A DNA stretch of 64,000 nt, from the sequence record NC_048182.1; one strand, given 5' to 3'. Shown one piece after another: positions 1 to 9,701 of the stretch (the first letter of the stretch is position 1; each line of letters starts with the position of its first letter). Under the pieces are notes generated by a model that was given only the letters and a program-made list of their open reading frames with translations, was not told the DNA's origin and did not search any database. The translations under genes and the position numbers were made by a program.

Positions 1-27
1 CCTCTAGAACCCGTGATATGTGTTTGT

Positions 28-1119
28 TTAGATATATGTTTTCACATCATTCCACATCTGAGAGAAGTGAGTTTCCCAGACTTGGTCTTTGATTTGGTTA
101 AGTTGAGTACTCAAAGGGTTCTTATAATAATCCCTCAATTGAGCCATCATAAGTCCGTCTACCCCGTTAGAAGCTTTTAGGTAGGCAAGGTATTTCTGTA
201 CCATCCCTAAGCTTGCTAAAGTCCACACCCAGTTCATTTGCATGAAACTCAATGATTTATAGGTTGGTGGGAAGATCATTAACGATTGGTCTATCAGCAA
301 GTCAATAGGGCGGTTAAACTGAACAAACTCAGTAAATGACTTAAGAGGTTCATTATTGAGATTATCGTTCTTCCACTCACTATACGCATCAATACCACCG
401 ATGTAGTATTCCAGAGCAAAAGGCGGTTTATCGATGCTAAAGAACTTCCTGCCTTCATTAAGGTAATTGAAGTTAACCAGCTCATTATGCTGCATATAGC
501 AGTTCATCAGAGGAAAGTTCGCAATGTAAGCATGCGGGGAGTTACCAACCGTTCTGCCTGATTTTAACCACCGATAGAATCCAATCACCAAAGCGTAGAT
601 ATCAATCTGAACAATGGTGTTGATTGGGGTTTCAGCTCTGTAGTCCTGAGTATCCATCAACTTGGTCAAATCCCAACGCTGACGGTAGTCAGTGGTATAG
701 ATAGGGAACAGAGGAATCAGTGAACTTAATTCCTTAGTGAAGTAACCATTTATTTGTGCACGACTAGGAGAACCAAAAGGAACAACTAGCAGTGTGTGGT
801 GATTTGTTTCCGGATAAATGGATAACGGATGGTTTTTCCCTCTATTATATAACCCAGTGAGGTTAATCAACGAAGCGTTACTTTGAGCCGTTGAATCAAT
901 CACACTAATTAAATAGTCGGGACTCCATTCTACGTTCACGGAAAATTGTTGTAGTAAAAGTACTAACGGATTCTGGTTTTGAACTGTCCTGTTGCCCAGG
1001 TTTAGCCAATCTTCAAAAGAGTCATAGTTGCGTCGCATGATTCTTCTGAGGTTGCCTAATGCACCGTAGGCTCTAATCGGATAGCTCACTCCATTATCTT
1101 GAAGCTTTAGATATGACAT
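28..1119 (-). CDS. Conserved hypothetical jumbo-phage protein, divergent from chimallin
   Basis: 363-aa ORF with normal composition, head-to-head with the chimallin gene across a 254-bp AT-rich spacer; no motif recognised. Confidence 0.75.
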   Translation of the reverse strand: MSYLKLQDNGVSYPIRAYGALGNLRRIMRRNYDSFEDWLNLGNRTVQNQNPLVLLLQQFSVNVEWSPDYLISVIDSTAQSNASLINLTGLYNRGKNHPLSIYPETNHHTLLVVPFGSPSRAQINGYFTKELSSLIPLFPIYTTDYRQRWDLTKLMDTQDYRAETPINTIVQIDIYALVIGFYRWLKSGRTVGNSPHAYIANFPLMNCYMQHNELVNFNYLNEGRKFFSIDKPPFALEYYIGGIDAYSEWKNDNLNNEPLKSFTEFVQFNRPIDLLIDQSLMIFPPTYKSLSFMQMNWVWTLASLGMVQKYLAYLKASNGVDGLMMAQLRDYYKNPLSTQLNQIKDQVWETHFSQMWNDVKTYI

Positions 1120-1286
1120 TAATGGATTGCCTCAGAAGTGTAATTAAAAAATTAATCACATTTCTATTATATGTAAAATAAACTTTCAAGGACTTCCTTG
1201 AAGGTATAACGGGAGTCGTACGTTTATCTGGAGTTCTACATACGATTTCAGTGTAAATTTTTAACACTCCAAATTAATTGAAGTCT

Positions 1287-1305
1287 ATATTATTAGAGTG
1301 TATAG
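1287..1305 (+). promoter_or_regulatory. Putative early phage promoter (ATATYATY-N4-TGT motif)
   Basis: ATATTATTAGAGTGTATAG is 18/19 identical to 10580-10598; it lies about 70 nt upstream of the chimallin start. Confidence 0.55.
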
Positions 1306-1373
1306 AAGAACAAGTGTATCTTCAATATCTATTCCACATGTAAATTAACGTTAATCTATTAAGGAAATTCCCC

Positions 1374-3284
1374 ATGTCTCTCGACAACGCTTTCGATACC
1401 AACAAAGAAAACGCTTCTTCCAACAACAACGGTGCAAATGTAAAAATGAGCAATAACCCTCTGTTCGAACTGCTGGGTTCAGCAAACCTGATCTCTTCTA
1501 CTCACAGCGTAACTGAAGTTACTGAGATTGTAAAATCTCTGGAAGAGACCGTTAAGTATCTGGATAAGAACACTGCCAGCCAGGCGCAGAAACTGTCCCT
1601 GCCACGCACCATCCAGAACATCACTTCTGATATCAGCCCGCAGCTGCCAGGTATCACTCTGTCCACCGTTGTTGGCAACACCTGCTACGTAATGCCGGTT
1701 CTGTTCTTCAAATCTGGTGTGACCGAAGTCACCGAATCCATCTTCCTGGCTAACGAAACCATGCCGCGCGGCGTTGCTAAAGCAGCAACCAGCTTCATGA
1801 CCACCGAGCTGATGGAACGTGTTAAAACTTCCTACGCTTACCGTGACTCCAAACAAATGGATCGCGTAATCATCGTTTCACCGAAAGTGGTGAACCTGGA
1901 AGCGAACCTGAAAAATGCACTGAAAGTTGAAGACGTCATCGTTGACGTTCGCAACGAACTGCTGAAAGAATGGACCACCGGTCTGTTCAACCTGGTTTCT
2001 CTGGAAGCTGTTAAATCCGGCGTTGAACTGCCAAGCATGTTCAAAGACGGTAAACTGTTCGGTAAAGAAGACAGCGCTGTAGCTCGCGTTGAAGCGGTTA
2101 ACAAACTGGTTATTGATGGTAAACCTACCTCATACAACCTGGCCGTTCGTCTGTCTACTACCAACAAAAACAACACCCAAAACCTGAACAGCAACAACAC
2201 CAAAACCATCGCTACCAACTACCTGACGGTATCCCTGGAAGCAATGAGCCAGCAGCAGTTCCTGCAAGCTCGCCAGAAACACCCAGGTCAGCCAGTCGGT
2301 CCACTGGTACCAGTAATCTCTACCGGTATCACGATCCCAGGCGAAACCCTGAACCAGAACAACAGCATGATGACCGCACTGCTGGGTCTGTACGCTTCTA
2401 TCGGCGCAAACCAGCTGCAGTTCTTCTCTGAAGCTTTCCGTGGCAAAGAAGTTGGTAACCGTGGTAACATCGGTAACTTCAACAACTATCTGACTCAGAT
2501 GCTGGGCCAGGCTTACGGTACTCAACAGGCTATCACCGATAAGAACATCACCAACGCTGCTGTAATGAACCAATGGCTGCAGAACTACGTAGCTCCGAAC
2601 GCAGTATACGTTCTGGATCTGCCGACCTTCTCTGACGACGTTTCTAACGGCGACTTCTGGTGGAACATCATCGGTAAGCAATCCGGTTCTACTTACCACC
2701 GCACGCTGATCAGCCTGCTGGACTCTCTGTCTGGTCAGACCTTCAGCAAAGTTATCGCTGAGAACGCAACCAAGGGCCAAGGCCGTAACCCAGCTAAAGA
2801 GTGGGTACCGGGCGACGCAATCCTGAAAGCAACTCAGATGATGATCCCAACTGGTATCGCACAGGGCAAAGACGGCAAATGGTTCAACCTGGCCGAAGTC
2901 GATGGCATGTTCCTGCGTCAGGAGAACTACTACGGTTCTAACGAAGCAGCTGTCAACGAATACCTGTCTCTGCTGAGCGGTCAGTCTGGTGGCGATTGGA
3001 AAGTTCGTCAGTTCAACATCTACAACCGTCTGAACCAGCTGTTCAGCTCCAACGTCATCATCGATGGCTGGGCGCGTCGTCTGCTGTGGTCTGATGCGTT
3101 CTTCAACACTCTGGCACAAGCAATGGCTGGTGCTGGTATGCTGAGCATGAGCGGTTCTGTAGGTCAGGCTATGTGGACCATGCAGTACAGCAACGACTAT
3201 CTGACCAACACCATTTCTGCGGGTATCAACCAGTCTATGCCGGTTGGCTCCATGCAGTTCAACGGTGGCTACTCTCACTACTAA
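1374..3284 (+). CDS. chmA: Chimallin, major phage nuclear shell protein (phiKZ gp54-like)
   Basis: 636 aa, the size of known chimallins; strongly optimised codons (CTG, AAC, GGT, CGT); AAGGA RBS; directly upstream of the nvRNAP beta' N subunit as in Chimalliviridae; C-terminal aromatic tail GGYSHY. Confidence 0.88.
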   Translation: MSLDNAFDTNKENASSNNNGANVKMSNNPLFELLGSANLISSTHSVTEVTEIVKSLEETVKYLDKNTASQAQKLSLPRTIQNITSDISPQLPGITLSTVVGNTCYVMPVLFFKSGVTEVTESIFLANETMPRGVAKAATSFMTTELMERVKTSYAYRDSKQMDRVIIVSPKVVNLEANLKNALKVEDVIVDVRNELLKEWTTGLFNLVSLEAVKSGVELPSMFKDGKLFGKEDSAVARVEAVNKLVIDGKPTSYNLAVRLSTTNKNNTQNLNSNNTKTIATNYLTVSLEAMSQQQFLQARQKHPGQPVGPLVPVISTGITIPGETLNQNNSMMTALLGLYASIGANQLQFFSEAFRGKEVGNRGNIGNFNNYLTQMLGQAYGTQQAITDKNITNAAVMNQWLQNYVAPNAVYVLDLPTFSDDVSNGDFWWNIIGKQSGSTYHRTLISLLDSLSGQTFSKVIAENATKGQGRNPAKEWVPGDAILKATQMMIPTGIAQGKDGKWFNLAEVDGMFLRQENYYGSNEAAVNEYLSLLSGQSGGDWKVRQFNIYNRLNQLFSSNVIIDGWARRLLWSDAFFNTLAQAMAGAGMLSMSGSVGQAMWTMQYSNDYLTNTISAGINQSMPVGSMQFNGGYSHY

Positions 3285-3321
3285 GTGAAAGCATACAAAT
3301 CCGGTAGTTAATTAGTAAACC

Positions 3322-3363
3322 GCATAGAAGGAGGGAGAAATCCTTCCTTCTATGCTTTTATTT
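3322..3363 (+). terminator. Intrinsic terminator after chmA
   Basis: GCATAGAAGGAGGGA-GAAA-TCCTTCCTTCTATGC 15-bp stem followed by TTTTATTTT. Confidence 0.85.
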
Positions 3364-3379
3364 TAGGAGTTTTATTTTT

Positions 3380-4969
3380 ATGTCTACAATGGCTGAGATT
3401 CTCGATAAGTTTAACGAGCACTCAATGATTCCATCTATCCTCTTCGATAAGATGTTGCAAGATACCGGAATCAAACCAAAGCCTGATGATCAAAGTTTCT
3501 ATAGTGCGTTGTATCCGGACTTCGATGACTATGATCTGAAGCATAACACTTCTGTGACTCCTCCTATCTATCTTAACGACTTTGACTTCAATATTGAAGA
3601 AGATCGTTTAGCTGTGGTAGAACTTCTTCGTACTGAATACGAAGGCAACAACTTCGATACGGTAGCGGCCTGTCGTTGTAAGAAATATCGTAGCAACAGT
3701 TATCTGGGTTCCAGTTTCATCTGTGATAATTGTGGCGAACCAGTGATCAAACCACTGACCAACAAAATCGAAACCAAAGTCTGGCTTAAGCGCCCAGCTC
3801 GTGTTTCAGGTTTCCTGTCTCCAGCAATGTACGCGGTATTCTTTAGTAAGCTGAATACCAAATCTCCAAAGGTCAATATCGTTGACTATTGGATTAACGA
3901 AGATATCCGTAAGGAAAAGCGTTTCAAAGATGAAAACAACAATGCGTTTAAAATTGCGCAGAAGTTGGAAGCTTTCCGGACAACTCTTGGGATTGAGTTC
4001 GGTTACAATAGCTTCGTTGAAAACATCGATTTAATCATTCGTGGTGCGATCGAACATGATGTTGGAAAGATTGTTGATTTGGCAGAATCAGATCGTGCAA
4101 ACTTTTCTCTGTTCTGGGAGAAGTACCGTAAGAAAGCGGTATTCAGTTTCCTGCCACTTCCTAACAAAATCACTACGGTTGTAGAAAGCGACCAACGTGA
4201 CCGTTATGTCAATAAAGAGCAAACCGATCTGGATAAGATCTACTTTACTCTGGCTGACACTTATCCTGAAGACGACGTTCGTGTTGATGAAAACGAAGTG
4301 TTGATGGGTAAGAATATGAAAGCGCTGGTTGATGCGCTAGCGGAAGTGCAGAAGAACATTCTGTTCGGTAAGAAAGGGATGATTCGTTATCATGCCGGTG
4401 CTGGTAAACTACCATTTACTGGTCGTTCTATTATTACCGGTGAATCTGGCGTGTGTCGTTCTGATACTGTCGTGTTACCATGGCTGTACGGAATCACCTG
4501 TCTGGATAAACACTTAACCAGTTGGTTGTATCGCAAAGGTTTGACACCTCTGAAAATCAAAGAGGTTATCCGAACTGCAGCATACACTCGTCATCCTTTA
4601 GTAGAGGAATTCTATAACTGGATTGAAACGAACAAGTATGCAATGATCACAGCGGGTCGTAACCCGTCAATCCAATACTTGTCTGCTCGTGGATTCTTCT
4701 GTACCTTTAACAGAGACCTCGATGACAAATCAATCCGTATTCCAATTACCACTGTTAAAGAATTTGGTGCTGACTTCGATGGCGACCAGATGTATGTGAT
4801 CTTCATTCCGGATATGATGTCCAAGATTGAAGCATATTCTAGCTGGGGACACCATCAGATGTTGGATCCAAACAAACCGTTTAAAACCAGTCGTTTTGCA
4901 ACCCATACCAAGACCAACCTGTTGAACGTTAACGCGTTGTTCTTGGATGAAGAAATAGCGGAATATTAA
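3380..4969 (+). CDS. Non-virion RNA polymerase beta'-like subunit, N-terminal part (phiKZ gp55-like)
   Basis: Zn finger CRC...CDNC; KKGMIRYH..GKLPFTGRSII (cf. RpoC [22 protein letters not shown]); GRNPSI; catalytic FGADFDGDQM. Confidence 0.93.
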   Translation: MSTMAEILDKFNEHSMIPSILFDKMLQDTGIKPKPDDQSFYSALYPDFDDYDLKHNTSVTPPIYLNDFDFNIEEDRLAVVELLRTEYEGNNFDTVAACRCKKYRSNSYLGSSFICDNCGEPVIKPLTNKIETKVWLKRPARVSGFLSPAMYAVFFSKLNTKSPKVNIVDYWINEDIRKEKRFKDENNNAFKIAQKLEAFRTTLGIEFGYNSFVENIDLIIRGAIEHDVGKIVDLAESDRANFSLFWEKYRKKAVFSFLPLPNKITTVVESDQRDRYVNKEQTDLDKIYFTLADTYPEDDVRVDENEVLMGKNMKALVDALAEVQKNILFGKKGMIRYHAGAGKLPFTGRSIITGESGVCRSDTVVLPWLYGITCLDKHLTSWLYRKGLTPLKIKEVIRTAAYTRHPLVEEFYNWIETNKYAMITAGRNPSIQYLSARGFFCTFNRDLDDKSIRIPITTVKEFGADFDGDQMYVIFIPDMMSKIEAYSSWGHHQMLDPNKPFKTSRFATHTKTNLLNVNALFLDEEIAEY

Positions 4970-5637
4970 TGTTAAATGCAACCAGTGCGTTCTCAAGAGC
5001 ATGTTCCGGAGCGATGACCGAAGGAAGTGCAAATGCGTTTGACCAGTACATCGGAAACTTCTACCAGAAGTATGAGAATCTGACTGGATGGTTAGGCGAT
5101 ACCGTACAATCGGTTAAAGACGCTCATCGGAACTTTATGGATAGTCGGATGTGGGAATTTGGAAACCGCATCAATGGGAAGGATGGTCAGTATGTGGGTC
5201 GTTTCGAAATCGGGTATTTGTCTGAGGTTGGTTATCAACAACAGGCAACCGGATTCATGCGGGATTACATCATGGCTAACCCAGGCGCCATGGCTCTTTA
5301 TGAAGTCGGGCGAATCTCTGGTTATGATGGAGACTTCAGTGAGTTGTGTAATGGTATCGGTCGTGAAAACTATTACTACAACAAAGCTATCGATGGCATG
5401 GTTCAGTATGATAAAGAGAACGAAACTCTTACTCGTACAGTTTATACCTCCAGTCGCGATAATCTCACTCACCTCACATTTGCTGAACGTGTTGATATTC
5501 ATCGTACCTGGCAAGCCACCAACCTTCACCTTGCTAAAGAACTGGCTGACCCTACTCACATTGCGGGTGGGAACATGCTGACTCCAGAACAAGTAGAAGA
5601 GTTGAAAGCTAAAATGGCTGCTGAAGCCGGAGATTAA
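4969..5637 (+). CDS. Conserved hypothetical protein of the nucleus core block
   Basis: 222-aa ORF coupled to the upstream gene (TAATG overlap) and followed by a terminator. Confidence 0.8.
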   Translation: MLNATSAFSRACSGAMTEGSANAFDQYIGNFYQKYENLTGWLGDTVQSVKDAHRNFMDSRMWEFGNRINGKDGQYVGRFEIGYLSEVGYQQQATGFMRDYIMANPGAMALYEVGRISGYDGDFSELCNGIGRENYYYNKAIDGMVQYDKENETLTRTVYTSSRDNLTHLTFAERVDIHRTWQATNLHLAKELADPTHIAGGNMLTPEQVEELKAKMAAEAGD

Positions 5638-5643
5638 AAGTAA

Positions 5644-5690
5644 GTAGGGATCCTTCGGGGTCCCTACCCTTTATGTTCTTTATTTTTTTT
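5644..5690 (+). terminator. Intrinsic terminator
   Basis: GTAGGGATCC-TTCG-GGGTCCCTAC with cUUCGg loop, then TTTATGTTCTTTATTTTTTTT. Confidence 0.85.
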
Positions 5691-5733
5691 TTACCAATGA
5701 TTTGACTACTTCCACAACAAGGTAAAAACAAAC

Positions 5734-6195
5734 ATGTCTAATTTAGGTTATTGCGAATTGCAAGTAGACCTTGGTAGCGGAATGAAACTGATGCGTGCTC
5801 TTCAAAGCAAACTTGATGAGACCATCGACATCATCCCCGTTAATAAGCTTCATGCTACTATTATGTATGATGTCCGTAATCCCGACGTAACCCCAGACAG
5901 ATCCAATAAGGTCTATAAGGCCAAGGTCGTTGGAATAAAAGAGATGGGTGAGTCGACCTCCCGTTGGCATGCTTGCGCAGTGATACTGGAGTGCGAGGAA
6001 GTGCAAGCCCGACATCGTCATTTACTTGACCTAGGGTTTGAACACTCTTATCCCGACCTTCTGTTGCACGTTTCGATCTCATATGGGGAAGCTACCGGCA
6101 TTGTCCTTCCTGTGTTGGAGGAGATGTTTAAAAGCGGTACACTTCCTGGGACCTTAACGTTGTGTAATGAAACGTGGGATGCGTGCAAAGACTAA
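5734..6195 (+). CDS. acb1: 2H phosphoesterase, T4 gp57B/Acb1-like anti-CBASS nuclease
   Basis: 153 aa; paired HxT/HxS motifs KLHATIMY and LHVSISY. The segment VILECEEVQARHRHLLDLGFEHSYPDLLLHVSISYG aligns by eye with T4 gp57B [36 protein letters not shown] (recalled sequence). Confidence 0.78.
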   Translation: MSNLGYCELQVDLGSGMKLMRALQSKLDETIDIIPVNKLHATIMYDVRNPDVTPDRSNKVYKAKVVGIKEMGESTSRWHACAVILECEEVQARHRHLLDLGFEHSYPDLLLHVSISYGEATGIVLPVLEEMFKSGTLPGTLTLCNETWDACKD

Positions 6196-6298
6196 GTAGC
6201 ATGTAAGTGCCGGGTGTGAAAGCTCTTGCTGTTCACTTATATCAATTTCAGACCTATATCGGTTAGACCCAGGTCTATCCTTATAGAGAGAAATAATT

Positions 6299-6454
6299 AT
6301 GTCTATCTTTTCTAATCAAGTTGCTTTTGGAAGTGCGCTATTATCCGGTATTGTTGTTATGGCATTCGGTGCGTTTGTCGTTAACAAAATAAAGGAGATT
6401 TGGCAGACCTGCAAGCACAAGAACGATATGATGGCTGTACGTAACAGCAAATAA
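6299..6454 (+). CDS. Small (51 aa) predicted membrane protein, not in ORF track
   Basis: MSIFSNQVAFGSALLSGIVVMAFGAFVVNKIKEIWQTCKHKNDMMAVRNSK; purine-rich RBS (AGAGAGAAA); one hydrophobic helix followed by basic residues; own terminator downstream. Confidence 0.6.
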   Translation: MSIFSNQVAFGSALLSGIVVMAFGAFVVNKIKEIWQTCKHKNDMMAVRNSK

Positions 6455-6461
6455 CCAGAAC

Positions 6462-6489
6462 TAGGGATCTCCTTAACCGGAGATCCCTA
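6462..6489 (+). terminator. Hairpin terminator
   Basis: TAGGGATCTCC-TTAACC-GGAGATCCCTA, T-run about 12 nt later. Confidence 0.7.
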
Positions 6490-6530
6490 TCTTCCACCCA
6501 TTTATTTTTTTTTGTATCGAGGAAAGTATT

Positions 6531-6941
6531 ATGCCAAAGGGCGTAGTAGGAACTATGGATACCGTGGGGTTTTTAACTGAACCCACTGTAAAGGCAGACA
6601 GAGCGATTACTTATTGGTTTGCTAATCGTATTGACCAGTGCATTATTCTTCGTGAAATTCACTCCTATCAATACGTTGTTGCCAAACATCAGGATGATAA
6701 AGGTTCTGATGAGAAATTCCTGGAAGATGTTCAAAATAACTTGAAGAGTCATCTATTGGAAATCTTCGATGGCGCATCTGTTAGTGCTCGCGCTATTCGT
6801 GAAAACGAAGGTGATAAGATGTTTACGCTTGCCATTTCAGCAGTAGTGTTTGAAGATGGTAAGGAATACGACGTGGCTCAGGCAGTTTATATTAACGGCT
6901 CGAACTATGAAATCATTGACAAAGGTAGAGGTTTACGATAA
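6531..6941 (+). CDS. Small conserved protein, possibly T4 gp25-like baseplate wedge fold
   Basis: 136 aa, GAGGA RBS; helix followed by a beta-hairpin pattern like gp25 proteins. The fold call is inference. Confidence 0.4.
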   Translation: MPKGVVGTMDTVGFLTEPTVKADRAITYWFANRIDQCIILREIHSYQYVVAKHQDDKGSDEKFLEDVQNNLKSHLLEIFDGASVSARAIRENEGDKMFTLAISAVVFEDGKEYDVAQAVYINGSNYEIIDKGRGLR

Positions 6942-7750
6942 TGGCTCATGTTCATCCTGCGACACAGCAGCTTGATAAAGCAAAGCACGGGAAACTTATT
7001 GATTTCCTGAACAGCACTTTCCGCTCTCATGAAGTGGGTGGTAAAAATATCATTCAAACTAATGAAGGTGAGTTCCTTGAATACGTTCTGATGGAAGAAC
7101 AGTATTTCCTGGATAACTGGTTGGTGCAATTCGCCATTGGTCAACCTGGTGAAACTAATTACTTTAACCACCAGGCATGGTCCGATATGACTCAGGGGTT
7201 CACTAAGGGTGTAATTATCCTTAATGAAGAAGAACAACCAACCTTGATCATTCGTAAGTTCATCGATATGGACTTGGGTATCAACGCTCAGGCTTATCTT
7301 GACCACTATGCTCGTCAGGCCTCCTTTGCTCAGTACATCCCTGAGAAAGCAGAAGCTGATGAGATTATCAATCAGTTTGCAGAAGTAGCCGTAGCGGTAA
7401 CTGGTCAGAACCCTGATTACGATACCCTGACTGCGATGATCCCTTATGAATACTATCTGCGCCATGGTGTTGATCCTACGGTCGTTAAACAGGTGATTCA
7501 TATCCGTGATAACTTTACCTATAAAGGTGAGAAGATCACAGAAGAATCAGACGTTCTTCCAAAGATCGAAGAGATCCTGTATAAGAATGCTCGTAATGAG
7601 CATTTGACTAAAGCAGAAAAAGATCTCATCGTTGAAATTACTAATGACGGATTTATTTTCAACGACAGTACCAATAACGTAGATACCAAAGTTCAGGGCA
7701 AACAGCAAGAAGATATCCCTGACGATAAATACGACCCGATGGTAGATTAA
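6941..7750 (+). CDS. Conserved hypothetical protein
   Basis: 269-aa ORF coupled to the upstream gene; acidic. Confidence 0.8.
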   Translation: MAHVHPATQQLDKAKHGKLIDFLNSTFRSHEVGGKNIIQTNEGEFLEYVLMEEQYFLDNWLVQFAIGQPGETNYFNHQAWSDMTQGFTKGVIILNEEEQPTLIIRKFIDMDLGINAQAYLDHYARQASFAQYIPEKAEADEIINQFAEVAVAVTGQNPDYDTLTAMIPYEYYLRHGVDPTVVKQVIHIRDNFTYKGEKITEESDVLPKIEEILYKNARNEHLTKAEKDLIVEITNDGFIFNDSTNNVDTKVQGKQQEDIPDDKYDPMVD

Positions 7751-7774
7751 TAACCAGTGGGTGTAGAGGAAATT

Positions 7775-8911
7775 ATGAAGAAAAAGTTTAAAGGTCTTTT
7801 TTCGACCGACCACCATACACTGCACCCACATACCCCAACCCGTCATATCCTTGCGAACTTAACAACCTTTTACGAAAAAGAAAATAACCTCGCGGATATT
7901 GATCTTAGTCTCTGGGGTGGAGACTTCTTCCATGATCTGGCACCAGCCAACGATACGAACATTCTTTTATGTCAACGTTGGATAAAACGCCACCTTCAGC
8001 TTTGTCATGACAAGAAAGTTCATGTAAGGGTTCTCGAAGGCACCTCATCCCATGATTGGGGTCAGCCAGAAATGTTTGATATCATGCGACCGAAAGGTAG
8101 CCAGTATATCAAGTACATCAATACACTTTCTATTGAGTACATTCCTGAGTTGAACCTCAACATCATGTATGTTCCTGATAACTTTGGTCATACCTCGACC
8201 GAAATTATTTATGAACAAGCATTAAAGCTCTTAGCAAGTAATAACTTGAAACAAGTGGATATCATCCTCCTTCATGGTGGGTTCGATTACCAGTTACCTC
8301 CAATCGCTAACAAGAATGGATCCTTGTACGATTCGGTTAAGTGGCAAGCCCTTGCTAAGAAAGTCATCTTCAGTGGTCACATTCATAAACCTTCCGAGAA
8401 AGGAATTATCAAATGTGGGGGTTCTTTCGATAGAACGGCATTTGGTGAGATGCATCCAAAAGGTGCTTATCGGTTTGAATGGGATGATAATTCATTCGAT
8501 GCATCATTCTGGGAAAACAAAAACGCCCAGATATATGACAAGATCCTCATTAACAAAGAGATGGATGCTAAGAAGATCTCGAAAGAGCTTAACAACTATC
8601 TCGCTAAAAACCCTCCAAAGAACACAAGGATTCGATTGGTCGGTGGATTGGCTTCAGTAACCAGTGCTTTAATTAACGAGTACAAGGAACAATGGCCTCA
8701 ATACTCCTTTGATGTGGATAATGCCAAAGAAGACAATATTGAGATCGATGATACTTTATATACTCCGGAAATGTACACAGGTGTTGCGCTGAACGCTGGG
8801 AACCTTAAGGATAGTTTGTTTAACTTTATGGGTTCCACTATTCACCAGAACGAAGACATCGATGTGGATATGCTGGAGACCTTATTAGCAGAGGTCATGA
8901 ATGAGTCGTAA
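7775..8911 (+). CDS. SbcD/Mre11-like metallophosphoesterase nuclease
   Basis: Calcineurin-like motifs TDHH, GGDFFH, GTSSHD, LLHG, GHIH; start moved to ATG 7775 after GAGGA. Confidence 0.88.
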   Translation: MKKKFKGLFSTDHHTLHPHTPTRHILANLTTFYEKENNLADIDLSLWGGDFFHDLAPANDTNILLCQRWIKRHLQLCHDKKVHVRVLEGTSSHDWGQPEMFDIMRPKGSQYIKYINTLSIEYIPELNLNIMYVPDNFGHTSTEIIYEQALKLLASNNLKQVDIILLHGGFDYQLPPIANKNGSLYDSVKWQALAKKVIFSGHIHKPSEKGIIKCGGSFDRTAFGEMHPKGAYRFEWDDNSFDASFWENKNAQIYDKILINKEMDAKKISKELNNYLAKNPPKNTRIRLVGGLASVTSALINEYKEQWPQYSFDVDNAKEDNIEIDDTLYTPEMYTGVALNAGNLKDSLFNFMGSTIHQNEDIDVDMLETLLAEVMNES

Positions 8912-9692
8912 TTTAGGTACCATTCCAATAAGCGTCGGGACGGCGCTTGCTTTGGAAGTACTGCCAGGTAATCCCATGCATAAGTATCATGCTCTCATGT
9001 TCAATCTGAGGACGATTATACGAAATGCCAGACAAGCTTACGATGATGTTGTTCCATCGTCATCTGAGCTGTTTGAGGCTGTTAAGGAAGACATCCTAGG
9101 GATAGCAGAGTTTATTGTTGGAATGAAGTTAAGGACGACCCTCGATTTAAAGTTTTACTACCCAACCTATAAATCGTTACCAAAAATATTTCCTTTAGCA
9201 AAACTGAAGGATGTTCAGGTCAAGGGGACCGAGCTTCAGAAACAACTGCTCAAGTTAGATGAAGAAGTGGCCGAGAAGATACTGAAACAGTTTGGGGATA
9301 AGATCGCTAAAGTTGATTCGGTTATTCCTAAGTTTCCCGGTGATGCGTTAATCATGACTCATCATCCAGTCGATCTCGTTACATCAGAATCTTACACGAG
9401 ACTCCATCTATTAGAATCACACACCGGTAATATTAAAGGGTATTCTCTTTTCTATACCAAGTTAACAGGTTCAGAGAAGTTATTGAACATTCCCCTTAAC
9501 AAGATTAGTATTCAAATCTTTGGGGATAACTCAACCAACTTCTATTCCTTTAACCAAGGTGTGAAGAATGAAATTAAACAATTGGCAGATGTGGCTCGTT
9601 GGAGCACAGCTTCAACACCAGCATTCGTCGCTAGATCAATCCGTTCTCTGAAACCTTCTCCAGAGAAAGAAATCCTCTTGAAAATGATATAA
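8901..9692 (+). CDS. Conserved protein, possible degenerate FEN/PIN-like (5'-3' exonuclease) fold
   Basis: 263 aa overlapping the sbcD stop; N-terminal LMFNLRTIIRN resembles the first strand-helix of FEN/PIN proteins; function uncertain. Confidence 0.4.
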   Translation: MSRNLGTIPISVGTALALEVLPGNPMHKYHALMFNLRTIIRNARQAYDDVVPSSSELFEAVKEDILGIAEFIVGMKLRTTLDLKFYYPTYKSLPKIFPLAKLKDVQVKGTELQKQLLKLDEEVAEKILKQFGDKIAKVDSVIPKFPGDALIMTHHPVDLVTSESYTRLHLLESHTGNIKGYSLFYTKLTGSEKLLNIPLNKISIQIFGDNSTNFYSFNQGVKNEIKQLADVARWSTASTPAFVARSIRSLKPSPEKEILLKMI

Positions 9693-9701
9693 GGAATTAA
9701 A

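Noticed and set aside
2130-3278. 382-aa antisense ORF inside chmA
   Set aside because: Shadow of strong codon bias in a highly expressed gene; no RBS or motif
5700-5733. TTGACT as a sigma70 -35 element for acb1
   Set aside because: No -10 hexamer at 16-18 nt spacing
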